A stretch of DNA of 64,000 bases from an uncultured Bacteroidia bacterium (GTDB lineage Bacteria; Bacteroidota; Bacteroidia; Bacteroidales; UBA932). Shown here in pieces: positions 35,919-44,039 of the stretch. Made by a program: the position numbers and the translations under genes. Each line of letters starts with the position of its first letter. The first letter of the stretch is position 1. The notes beneath the pieces were generated by a model. The model worked only from the letters and a program-made list of their open reading frames with translations, did no database searches and had not been told where the DNA came from. The stretch spans positions 9 through 64,008 of the forward strand of contig CADAXR010000002.1 in assembly GCA_902791945.1 (NCBI GenBank), read 5' to 3'.

Positions 35919-36161
35919 TTAGTTCTCCTTTACGGTTACGATCTGGCCACCATCAAGGGTTTCCACCCTTGCATAGGGTTCGGCCTGGGATTTACGGAAG
36001 GATTCGACGGTCTTGCTCTTGAGGGTCTTCGCGTGGTTCTTGGCATCGCAAAGTCCGGGGAAAGCTGTGCCGTCAGAGGTGATGTGCACCTCTTTCAATT
36101 CAGGGTAGGCAGCGAACACAGCCGCGGCCTTCTTCGAGAATTTGGATTTATTGTTTGCCAT
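35919..36161 (-). CDS. Small phage protein, unknown function
   Basis: 80-aa ORF between the lysis and sheath genes. Confidence 0.35.
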   Translation of the reverse strand: MANNKSKFSKKAAAVFAAYPELKEVHITSDGTAFPGLCDAKNHAKTLKSKTVESFRKSQAEPYARVETLDGGQIVTVKEN

Positions 36162-36171
36162 TGCACAGTGT

Positions 36172-36768
36172 TTATAAAGGTTTCAAATAGTGTTTGACCA
36201 CTTGGAAGATTACCCATATCAGGAGCAGCGCGAGGGTTGCCCCTCCAATGCCGCACAGGGTTTTCTGCCACCAGTTCAGGCCCCGTTTCTGCGTCGTCTC
36301 GGTATGTGCCTCGGACTGCATCTGCGAATCGGCCTGCAAGGTTGTTTCGCTGCAGGCTTCGGTCCGGATGTCCTCCGTCTGCCGGGTCTTCGTGTCGGTC
36401 TGGCTCGTTGCCGCAGCGGTCTCGTTGCGTTTGGTCCCCACGTTCCGCCTTTCGGTGGTCCGCTCCTTGAGGGGCGGGGTGCCGGTCACGCTGTCGGTGG
36501 GCTGGGTGGTATCGAATACCTCCGTAACCACTTCGACAAATGCGGAGCTGTCGGTTTGGACTTCCCGCGTGGCGCGTGTCCGGATAGTGGAGACATCCTC
36601 GCGGACAGCGGAGACGGTCTGCTCAAGGCTCCGGATCTGCTCCGCCTGGAGCCTTGCGCTTTCTTCCAGGCTTTCCTGGCGTTGCGTCAGCGTCTTCAAT
36701 GCGCCGCAGCTCTGCAGTGACAGGGCAAGTAGCAGAATGGGGGCAAGTAGGTATTTTCTCGATTGCAT
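36172..36768 (-). CDS. Spanin-like protein: N-terminal lipoprotein signal plus C-terminal transmembrane helix
   Basis: It has MQSRKYLLAPILLLALSLQSC, a coiled-coil/Thr-Glu-rich middle, and a C-terminal TMD, WWQKTLCGIGGATLALLLIWVIFQVV. Its start is embedded in the 3' end of 36623..37033. Confidence 0.4.
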   Translation of the reverse strand: MQSRKYLLAPILLLALSLQSCGALKTLTQRQESLEESARLQAEQIRSLEQTVSAVREDVSTIRTRATREVQTDSSAFVEVVTEVFDTTQPTDSVTGTPPLKERTTERRNVGTKRNETAAATSQTDTKTRQTEDIRTEACSETTLQADSQMQSEAHTETTQKRGLNWWQKTLCGIGGATLALLLIWVIFQVVKHYLKPL

Positions 36769-37033
36769 TTTTCAGTTTTCCTATTTCCTTGCGCATGGAC
36801 ATCATTTCAATCTTCACGGGCTCCACAACGTACTTCATTGTCATCTCGATGACGGTTTTGTCATTGGTGAGCTCACGGGACCGGACGTCCTCCTGCATCG
36901 TGCGCACCTCTTCGTGCAGTTTCTTGATTTCTTCCTGGTACTTCCCTTTCAGGAGCTTGGAAGAGATCCAGGCTGTCAGAGGCGCCTCGACGATGGCTAT
37001 AATGGCAAGGATGATCGTGGTAACATGTTCCAT
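36623..37033 (-). CDS. Type-II membrane coiled-coil protein (i-spanin- or holin-like)
   Basis: It has an N-terminal TMD (TTIILAIIAIVEAPLTAWI) followed by a charged helical region. It lies immediately downstream of the amidase. Confidence 0.35.
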   Translation of the reverse strand: MEHVTTIILAIIAIVEAPLTAWISSKLLKGKYQEEIKKLHEEVRTMQEDVRSRELTNDKTVIEMTMKYVVEPVKIEMMSMRKEIGKLKNAIEKIPTCPHSATCPVTAELRRIEDADATPGKPGRKRKAPGGADPEP

Positions 37034-37037
37034 TCAG

Positions 37038-37568
37038 CTATTGTTCTATGCCTATCTCCTTGAGCCAGGAGGCGACATCAAAGGACGGACAAGCCTTAGC
37101 TACATTGGGAAAGTCCCGGTGACCTACGATGCGGACGTTGGGATGCTTCTTGTGGAATTCTCTTACATAGTCCGCCATCGCCTTTTTCTGGGCGTCCGTC
37201 CTGGTGTCTGCCGCTATCTTGTGGCCCCTGGAATCCGTTGCGATGACATAGCGCTTCTTACCGGTCTTCGGGTCAGTTTCGACCTTGCCGGCATACCCGC
37301 CGACATAGACGATGTGCCTGCTGACACTGTTGTATCCGGCTACGCCGTTCGTGATCTCCCAGGGATCCACCCAGGCGTCTTCGTTGTTGTCAACGAGTCT
37401 TTCCTTCTTGCCGTCCAGATGGAAAAGGTCTGTGTATCCTACCTGTTTCCATCCGCGCCCCTTGGGTTCAGGAGCTGTATGCCACGCACGGATTTCGTCG
37501 GCTGTCACCTCGCGTCCTTCGCACGTGGCAGTACAGTGAATAACAAGGTATTTCAGCTCCCTTTTCAT
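37038..37568 (-). CDS. N-acetylmuramoyl-L-alanine amidase (Amidase_2/PGRP-type endolysin)
   Basis: 176 aa. Motifs are VIHCTAT, GWKQVGY, GYNSVSRHIVYVGG and GHRDFPNVAKACPSFDV. Confidence 0.85.
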   Translation of the reverse strand: MKRELKYLVIHCTATCEGREVTADEIRAWHTAPEPKGRGWKQVGYTDLFHLDGKKERLVDNNEDAWVDPWEITNGVAGYNSVSRHIVYVGGYAGKVETDPKTGKKRYVIATDSRGHKIAADTRTDAQKKAMADYVREFHKKHPNVRIVGHRDFPNVAKACPSFDVASWLKEIGIEQ

Positions 37569-37587
37569 TCTGGCCGTTCAGTTTTGG

Positions 37588-38670
37588 TTAACCGTTGTTT
37601 TCAACTTCGGCCACGTCGCTGACGATGGCGCCGAGTCCTTCGGCCTTGAGCGGCAGGCAGATGGAATAAGTCCTCATAGAGAACAGGTTCTCCTGGTTCT
37701 GCGGATCGTCTGCCGCCTCTTTCAGGTAGCTCTTGGTGGAGCCGTTGGCGCGCATGGCACGCTTGGTGGTAAAGGCCACGGAAGCCTGCATATCGCCTTC
37801 GCCGGCGACGGCACCGTATGCGACCTTGTTGAGGGTTGCGAGCGCGTAGAGAGGCGTGTCATCGTACTCATAGACGTCGAAGCCGTAGAGCCTCATGATC
37901 TTGCCGGTCTCATAGTTGTAATACTGGTTCGCAAACTTCTGATCGGCCTCCAGGAGGTCGGCCACATGGTCGGCGCAGAGAACCAGGATACGGCCCGCCT
38001 TGGGGATCCTCATCTTATCGTAAGCCTTCTTGAGGGCTATGATGTCAGAGCGGGTAAGGCGCTTGCGGCCGTTGGCGTCAGCCTCGCCGGTGGTCTTGAG
38101 GACCGGGGTCTTTGCAGTATTGGTCGCAGGGGCGAGGGCGTGGATGGCGCGGCTGTACTTCACCTCATCGAATTTCTCCTTGTGCTTCTCGATAACGACG
38201 GCCATCTTATCGTAAGAGCTGGCGTGCAGTTCGTCATCGGTGATGCGGGTGGGCTTGCTCTGGAACTTGTCGAGGGAAACCGCCTTGTCGCCGTCTGCCA
38301 ATTCCTCAATCTCAAGAGGGTAGGAGGTGTTATTAACAAGCACGGTAGGATCCCCGCCCAGGTCAACGAAGTGGATGACATCATGCTTCACGTACTGGTC
38401 ATAACTACGGATAGCATTGTACCAGCCCACGCTGGAATCTTCATTGCGGAAAGCCTTGATGAGCTCGCCGGTCCAGATCTCGGTGAAGATGCCGGCACGG
38501 GCGATGCCTTCGGGCATGAGGTTAAGGGCACCGGCGATGAAGCCGACGCCGTTGAGGGTCACGGCTCCGAGAACCGGGGACAGCCCCGCAAGCGAGGCGA
38601 GACCGGCACCCATTGCGGTATTGACCGCGAGCGCCAGGATGACGGAAAAGATTGCAAAAAGCTTTTTCAT
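37588..38670 (-). CDS. Major capsid protein (HK97-fold, predicted)
   Basis: 360 aa, directly downstream of the protease/scaffold gene. The true start may be internal, because the N-terminus is hydrophobic. Confidence 0.55.
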   Translation of the reverse strand: MKKLFAIFSVILALAVNTAMGAGLASLAGLSPVLGAVTLNGVGFIAGALNLMPEGIARAGIFTEIWTGELIKAFRNEDSSVGWYNAIRSYDQYVKHDVIHFVDLGGDPTVLVNNTSYPLEIEELADGDKAVSLDKFQSKPTRITDDELHASSYDKMAVVIEKHKEKFDEVKYSRAIHALAPATNTAKTPVLKTTGEADANGRKRLTRSDIIALKKAYDKMRIPKAGRILVLCADHVADLLEADQKFANQYYNYETGKIMRLYGFDVYEYDDTPLYALATLNKVAYGAVAGEGDMQASVAFTTKRAMRANGSTKSYLKEAADDPQNQENLFSMRTYSICLPLKAEGLGAIVSDVAEVENNG

Positions 38671-38698
38671 TCAGCGTTAAATGTTGTTTTGATGTTGC

Positions 38699-39661
38699 TT
38701 AGATTTCGGGGGCGAATCCGTAGTGCTCCTTATAGAGGCGGATGTATTCGTCCTTGTTGTTGGTGCGCAGGTCTGCGATCTGCTCGCCGCTCATGTCCTC
38801 CCACTTGAGGGCAGCGGAGCCGCCGGCGGGCTTGGGGCCGCCTACGACATCGAGGGGCTTCGGGGCGGGCTCGAAGAGGGCGAGGTTCGCCTTGAGGGCG
38901 TCAAGGCCGGCTTTCTTGCCCAGCTCGATAAACTGGTCTTTCTTCTCTGCCGTGATGCGGCGCTCTGCAATGGCGGCTTCCACCGCGTCGCCGATCCGGG
39001 CAAGCTTCATCTGGCTGTTCTCGCCCATCAGTGCGTCGATGGCGGCGAGGGCCTGTTCCTCGGTGGCCGTTGCGGGCAGTCCGAGTTTCAAAAGGATTTT
39101 CTCCATAGTGATTGATGTTTTAATGGGTTTTGTTGAATCTGTGCCCGGCGCCGGTCCCGGCTCCTGGGCGGTGTTGCTTTTCAGAAGGGGCAGCGCGTCG
39201 CACTCTTCCCCCATCGCGAGGGTCAGGGCCTTCCCGCCGCGGGACAGCCTCACCTGGAGGGCTTCGTCGTTGCCGCCGATGTCCACGATGGACACCTCCA
39301 CAAGCTTTGACTTGGTGACGGTGGGACGGGTCTGCCCCGGCACCAGTGTCTCCGGATCCTCCGAGGTCTCAACGATGTCGATGTAGGGGGACAACATCCG
39401 GAGGGTGCCGCGCTCCCACTTGGCTTCAATGAGTTTTTCCGCCTCGGTGTCCCCGTCGAATTTCGGGGTGCCAAGGATCATGTCGCCGTCCACGCGGAGG
39501 TTGTCGATGATGCCGATGGGCATGTCCTCGCGGCCGCCGCGCCTGTGCATATATAAAAGGATGGGATTCTTCCGGTACTGTTCCAGGTCCACGCCGGAAG
39601 TGAGCACCCGCGTACCGTAGCAGTTGAGCGCACTTGTGGAAATGATTGCTTCTTTCGCCAT
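38699..39661 (-). CDS. Prohead protease fused to scaffold (Mu gpI/Z-like)
   Basis: Start taken at MAKEAIIS. The N-terminal half resembles prohead proteases (NCYGTRVL..NPILLYMH), and the C-terminal half is Ala/Glu/Lys-rich and helical. Confidence 0.55.
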   Translation of the reverse strand: MAKEAIISTSALNCYGTRVLTSGVDLEQYRKNPILLYMHRRGGREDMPIGIIDNLRVDGDMILGTPKFDGDTEAEKLIEAKWERGTLRMLSPYIDIVETSEDPETLVPGQTRPTVTKSKLVEVSIVDIGGNDEALQVRLSRGGKALTLAMGEECDALPLLKSNTAQEPGPAPGTDSTKPIKTSITMEKILLKLGLPATATEEQALAAIDALMGENSQMKLARIGDAVEAAIAERRITAEKKDQFIELGKKAGLDALKANLALFEPAPKPLDVVGGPKPAGGSAALKWEDMSGEQIADLRTNNKDEYIRLYKEHYGFAPEI

Positions 39662-39732
39662 TTGTCTTATAAAAATGTTGCGGCGGATCTTGCCGGGGCT
39701 CACCGCCGCAACGGTCGCAAAAAGGGGTTTTG

Positions 39733-39804
39733 TAGCGGAGGCGGGGATCGAACCCGCGACCTCAAGGGAATGAACCTTGCGAGCTACCTCTGCTCCACTC
39801 CGCG
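39733..39804 (-). tRNA. Phage-encoded initiator-like tRNA (anticodon CAT) with atypical features
   Basis: CGCGGAG TG GAGC AGAGGTA GCTC G CAAGG TTCATTC CCTTG AGGTC GCGGG TTCGATC CCCGC CTCCGCT A. It folds as a 72-nt cloverleaf with a C1xU72 mismatch and an A11:U24 pair. U37/C38 in the anticodon loop are unusual. Confidence 0.75.
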
Positions 39805-39941
39805 ATACTTTACAGCGCGAAAATGGCGGAAAATGCAGGGATCATCAAACAGAGTGTAAAGAATTTACACTTTATTTTTCTTTCGGGGCCGATTGTGTCA
39901 TTTTTGTGCCATTGAAACACATTAAACCAAGATTCCTATGA

Positions 39942-40421
39942 ATGGCAAACAGAGCTAACCAAGAGAAAAAGGACTTTGCCGAAGCCCTTTTTATGCAGGG
40001 TACCCCCCAGAAAGAGATAGCCGAAAAGGTCGGCATTTCCGCAAACACAGTAAGCGCCTGGGCCCGTGAAGGGATGTGGGGCGAGAAACGTGCTGCGCAG
40101 TCGCTTACCCGTAAGGAAGTCGTCAACAACGTGCTGCGCTCCATCAATAAACTTGCGGAAAAGCTGGGCGACCTGGACGGGGAAAACCTGTCCTCCGCCA
40201 GCGGTATTGCGGACCAGCTCGCGAAACTCTCTTCCACCATCAACAAGCTCGATAAAGAGGCGTCCGTCGTGGACTTTATCGAGTGCTTCATGGCTTTCGG
40301 CAAATGGCTTGAGTACCAGTCCGAGACCGACCCGGAAATCACCGCCGAGTTCCGTAAGATGGTCAACAAGTACCAGAACAAGTACATCCTCGAAATGCTC
40401 GGCAACAAAATGGTCGTTTAG
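39942..40421 (+). CDS. Terminase small subunit-like DNA-binding protein (Mu gp27/DUF1804-like)
   Basis: 159 aa with an N-terminal HTH (GTPQKEIAEKVGISANTVSAWAR). It lies immediately upstream of the large terminase gene. Confidence 0.55.
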   Translation: MANRANQEKKDFAEALFMQGTPQKEIAEKVGISANTVSAWAREGMWGEKRAAQSLTRKEVVNNVLRSINKLAEKLGDLDGENLSSASGIADQLAKLSSTINKLDKEASVVDFIECFMAFGKWLEYQSETDPEITAEFRKMVNKYQNKYILEMLGNKMVV

Positions 40422-40424
40422 CGT

Positions 40425-41960
40425 ATGGCGTCCCAGGTATCCAGGAAAGAAGCCCTGCAGGAGTGGAAGCACTGGTGCGAAACGGTGCAGAACAATACGG
40501 TCGTGCCCACCCAGGAGACGACCGCGCAGAAGCGTGCCCGCATCAAGCGCCTGCTGTCTGATTACGCCGCTTTTGTCAATTACTACTTCCCCCACTATAC
40601 CGATGACCTGGCCACCGGCAAGCACACCGAGTGCGCCCCGTTCCATATCAAGGCTGCCAACACCATAAAGAAAAACCGGACTATCCAGTACGGCGCCAAG
40701 TGGGCCCGAGGCCACGCCAAGAGCACCCACTTCGACATCTTCATACCCATGTGGCTGAAAGCCATGAAGGAACTGTTTTGCATGGTCCTGGTGGGCAAGT
40801 CCGAAGAGAATGCCAACACCCTGCTCGGAGACATTCAGGCGGAACTGGAGTTCAACCAGCGGTATATTGCCGACTTCGGCCCGCAGAAATGCGAAGGGTC
40901 CTGGCAAGACGGGAAATTTATCACCAGGGATGACGTGGCTTTCTTCGCCCGCGGCCGCGGGCAGTCCCCGCGAGGGCTCCGGCACAAGAGCCACCGCCCC
41001 GATTACGTGGTCATAGACGACCTCGACGATGACGAGCTGGTGAACAATCCGGAGCGTGTCGCAAGGCTCACGAAATGGGTCAAGGAGGCCCTTTTCGGAA
41101 CGCTTGACGGCGGGCGCGGGCGCTTCATTATGGTCGGCAACCTCATCGGCAAAAACAGCGTTCTGGCGAATTTCCTTGCATCCAAGGGCGTAGTCGTTTC
41201 GGAGGTCAACGCCATCGACAAAAACGGGGAACCGTCCTGGAAAGAAAAGTGGACCATCGAAGAAATCCAGGCACAGGCAAAGTTTATGGGTTATATCTCC
41301 TTTCAGCGGGAAATGATGAATAACCCCATAACCGAGGGCGCCGTCTTTCGCAACGATTGGATCAAGTGGATAAAGCCGCTGCCGCTCGCGAAATACGACT
41401 GCCTTGTGGCCTACTGCGACCCCTCTTTCAAGAGTTCCACCAAAAACGACTTCAAGGCCATCAAGCTGTGGGGCAAGATCGGCACGGACCTTCACCACCT
41501 CAAGGCGTTTGTGCGGCAGTGCTCCGTGGCGGAGATGGTCCGCTGGTTCTACGACCTGCACGAGACGATGATTGCGGCCGGCGCTGTCTGTGAGTATTAC
41601 ATCGAGGCGAATTTCCTGCAGGATACCCTGCTTGATGAGTTCACCAGGGAAGGCAAACTCCGGGGGTATCAGCTACCCATCCGTGCGGACCGGCGCAAGA
41701 AACCGGACAAATTCCAGCGCATCGAAGCCATTTCCCCGCTGTGGGAACGTGGCTTTGTGTACTACAACGAAAAGATGCGCGACGACCCGGACATGCAGGC
41801 CGGGCTGGAGCAGACACTTGCCTTCGAGAAGGGTATGAGCGGGCACGACGATGCCCCGGATGCCGACGAAGGCGCCATCTATATTCTTCAACAGCGTGTG
41901 CGTCAGCGGGAATTTAAGCCCGTTTTCGGTATGCGCAAAACCTCCAAAAACGTATGGTAG
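40425..41960 (+). CDS. Terminase large subunit
   Basis: 511 aa. It has an ATPase region (VLVGKSEENA.., VVIDDLDDDE) and a C-terminal nuclease region (DPSF.. / HDDAPDA). Confidence 0.8.
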   Translation: MASQVSRKEALQEWKHWCETVQNNTVVPTQETTAQKRARIKRLLSDYAAFVNYYFPHYTDDLATGKHTECAPFHIKAANTIKKNRTIQYGAKWARGHAKSTHFDIFIPMWLKAMKELFCMVLVGKSEENANTLLGDIQAELEFNQRYIADFGPQKCEGSWQDGKFITRDDVAFFARGRGQSPRGLRHKSHRPDYVVIDDLDDDELVNNPERVARLTKWVKEALFGTLDGGRGRFIMVGNLIGKNSVLANFLASKGVVVSEVNAIDKNGEPSWKEKWTIEEIQAQAKFMGYISFQREMMNNPITEGAVFRNDWIKWIKPLPLAKYDCLVAYCDPSFKSSTKNDFKAIKLWGKIGTDLHHLKAFVRQCSVAEMVRWFYDLHETMIAAGAVCEYYIEANFLQDTLLDEFTREGKLRGYQLPIRADRRKKPDKFQRIEAISPLWERGFVYYNEKMRDDPDMQAGLEQTLAFEKGMSGHDDAPDADEGAIYILQQRVRQREFKPVFGMRKTSKNVW

Positions 41961-42196
41961 AGAAAATCAAACAGTTTTTCAAGGCGGTGGTATTCGCCGC
42001 CCGTTTCCGCCACCAGGTACGCAAGGCCAATAGAATTGCCAAGTACACCGGGGAAAGGCGTTTCGTCATCGTGCTCGACGGGAAACCCTACTGCGTGAGC
42101 AAGCGGAAGATCCGCGCCCTCACCGCCCAGGGCGTCTATAAGAAAGGCGTAAAGCCGGAGGATATTATCAAAGAGGCAATCTATTATACCAAATAG
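41954..42196 (+). CDS. Small phage protein, unknown function
   Basis: 80-aa basic ORF overlapping the terminase stop. Confidence 0.35.
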   Translation: MVEKIKQFFKAVVFAARFRHQVRKANRIAKYTGERRFVIVLDGKPYCVSKRKIRALTAQGVYKKGVKPEDIIKEAIYYTK

Positions 42197-42200
42197 CCGA

Positions 42201-42629
42201 ATGTTCCTGCAGACAGAAGACTACAGCGTCGTAACCAGTCCGGATGACCTCACCGTCATCACCCAAAGCAGCGAAGAAATCCGCCAGAAGGCGGAGCGTA
42301 TCGCCGTTGAAGAGATTGCCGGTTACGTCCGCTCACGTTACGACATCGATGCGGCCTTTGCCGCCGAAGGGGAAGACCGGAACCCGCTGCTTGTGCAGCT
42401 GACCGTCAGCATCGCCCTGTATTACCTTGGAATGTGGCTGCCGCAGTTCATGGGGAACGACACCAGGCAGACGCTATATGACAACGCGATTTCACGCCTC
42501 AAAGACATCCAGAAAGGCGCCTTTACCCCGGACTTCCCGAAATATCAGGAAGGGGACGGCGGCAGCGGTTCCGGATCCGGTGACGTGATGAAATTCGGGT
42601 CTATGCCCCGCCAGGGATACGACTATTAA
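42201..42629 (+). CDS. DUF1320 (Mu gp36)-like head-completion protein
   Basis: 142 aa. The N-terminus MFLQTEDY..IRQKAERIAVEEIAGYVRSRYDI resembles the gp36-like family. The call is at motif level only. Confidence 0.4.
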   Translation: MFLQTEDYSVVTSPDDLTVITQSSEEIRQKAERIAVEEIAGYVRSRYDIDAAFAAEGEDRNPLLVQLTVSIALYYLGMWLPQFMGNDTRQTLYDNAISRLKDIQKGAFTPDFPKYQEGDGGSGSGSGDVMKFGSMPRQGYDY

Positions 42630-42651
42630 CCAACATTCAAACGCTTATCGA

Positions 42652-43920
42652 ATGGCTTTCAAATTACCTTTCTTCCATAGGTCGGCACCATCCCCGGCGC
42701 CCGAACAGATAACCCTGGAATCCCTTTTGCTCGCCGCCAGGAAAAACAACGACGAAGGCGGCAGCGTCCAGAAACGCAAGAGCCTCCTTCTACTCCTGGA
42801 CCAGAAGACGCAGAGCCTCACCAAGCAGGACGTGGCCAAGTGGCGCGCAGCGTGGCAGCAGGCCCTGAATGTAGAGAACCCGCGCCGTGGCAACCTATAT
42901 TCCATCTATACGGACGCCCTGGTGGATCTGCACCTTACCGGCTGCATATCGCAGCGCGTGGGCAAAACCCTCCTGAAAGCCTTTGTCATTAGGGATGCCA
43001 AGGGGAATGAGGATGAGGCGGCGCAGAAGACCTTTGAAAGCCAGTGGTTCTACGATTTCATCGCTGACGCCCTGGATAGCCGTTTCTGGGGACACTCGCT
43101 CATCCAGCTGGGGGACGTCATCGTCGATGACAACGGCGTGCGCCGGTTCTCTGACGTGGAGCTGGTGCCGCGCCGGCACGTCATCCCGGAGTACGGGGTG
43201 CTGCTCCGCGAGCCGGGCGACGACATCAAGCGCGGAATCGACTTCCGCAGCGGTCCCATATCGGACTGGTGCGTGGAGGTCGGCGACCGCTATGACCTGG
43301 GACTGCTGCTGAAATGCGCCCCGCACTCCATATCTAAAAAGAACATGACGGCCTATTGGGACGTCTTCGGTGAAATCTTCGGTATGCCCATCCGTATCGG
43401 CAAGACCACTTCGCAGAACCAGGATGACCTCAAGCGGGTGGAGAACATGCTTGAGAACATGGGCGCCGCCGCCTGGGGCCTCTTCCCGGACGGCACCGAC
43501 ATCGAGATAAAGGAATCAACCAGGGGCGATGCCTACAACGTCTATGACAAACGCATCGACAGGGCCAATTCCGAAATTTCCAAGGGCATTCTCAACCAGA
43601 CGATGACCATTGACTCCGGCAGCTCGCTCTCGCAGAGCGAGACGCACCTTGAAGTCTTCGAGAACGTCTGCGCAGCCGACGCCAAACTTATCAAGTACAT
43701 CGTCAACGACCGGCTCATCCCCAAGATGATCAAGCACGGGTTCGACCTCAAGGGCCGCACCTTCGATTGGGATGACGCCGCCACTTATTCCCCGGCCGAG
43801 CAGCGCGAGATCGAGCGCGTCATCCTCCAGTATTACCACGTGGATCCAAAGTATTTCCAGGATAAATACAAGATCACCATTACCGGGGAGCGTGACGATT
43901 CCGGCAGTTTTTTCGAGTAG
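42652..43920 (+). CDS. Portal protein (Mu gp29/DUF935-like)
   Basis: 422 aa, positioned between the terminase and the MuF-like gene. Confidence 0.7.
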   Translation: MAFKLPFFHRSAPSPAPEQITLESLLLAARKNNDEGGSVQKRKSLLLLLDQKTQSLTKQDVAKWRAAWQQALNVENPRRGNLYSIYTDALVDLHLTGCISQRVGKTLLKAFVIRDAKGNEDEAAQKTFESQWFYDFIADALDSRFWGHSLIQLGDVIVDDNGVRRFSDVELVPRRHVIPEYGVLLREPGDDIKRGIDFRSGPISDWCVEVGDRYDLGLLLKCAPHSISKKNMTAYWDVFGEIFGMPIRIGKTTSQNQDDLKRVENMLENMGAAAWGLFPDGTDIEIKESTRGDAYNVYDKRIDRANSEISKGILNQTMTIDSGSSLSQSETHLEVFENVCAADAKLIKYIVNDRLIPKMIKHGFDLKGRTFDWDDAATYSPAEQREIERVILQYYHVDPKYFQDKYKITITGERDDSGSFFE

Positions 43921-44039
43921 GGGGTGATGACAAACAGGCGGAGCAGAACCCCAAGGCGGCAAAGGCCGAAGACAACGCCATAAAGTCCTATTACAGGCTC
44001 TTTGACCGGGCCGTCGGCGGATTATATGCCGAGGACCTG

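Noticed and set aside
34326-36197. 623-aa plus-strand ORF across the sheath/tube region
   Set aside because: It is a shadow ORF antisense to well-supported sheath, tube and neighbouring genes. It has low-complexity Gly/Val/Asp/His-rich composition typical of GC-rich antisense frames.
39936-41561. 541-aa minus-strand ORF opposite the terminase genes
   Set aside because: It is antisense to terminase small and large subunit genes that have clear motifs. Its composition (Leu/Gly/Val/Asp/His-rich, no motifs) indicates a shadow frame.
43896-44039. Possible N-terminal extension of the MuF-fusion gene (frame open, protein-like ..AIKSYYRLFDRAVGGLYAEDL)
   Set aside because: There is no ATG/GTG/TTG in this frame between the upstream stop (43893) and ATG 44040. 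An out-of-frame ATG at 43927 hints at a frameshift or an unusual start. I cannot resolve it, so the ATG at 44040 was kept.
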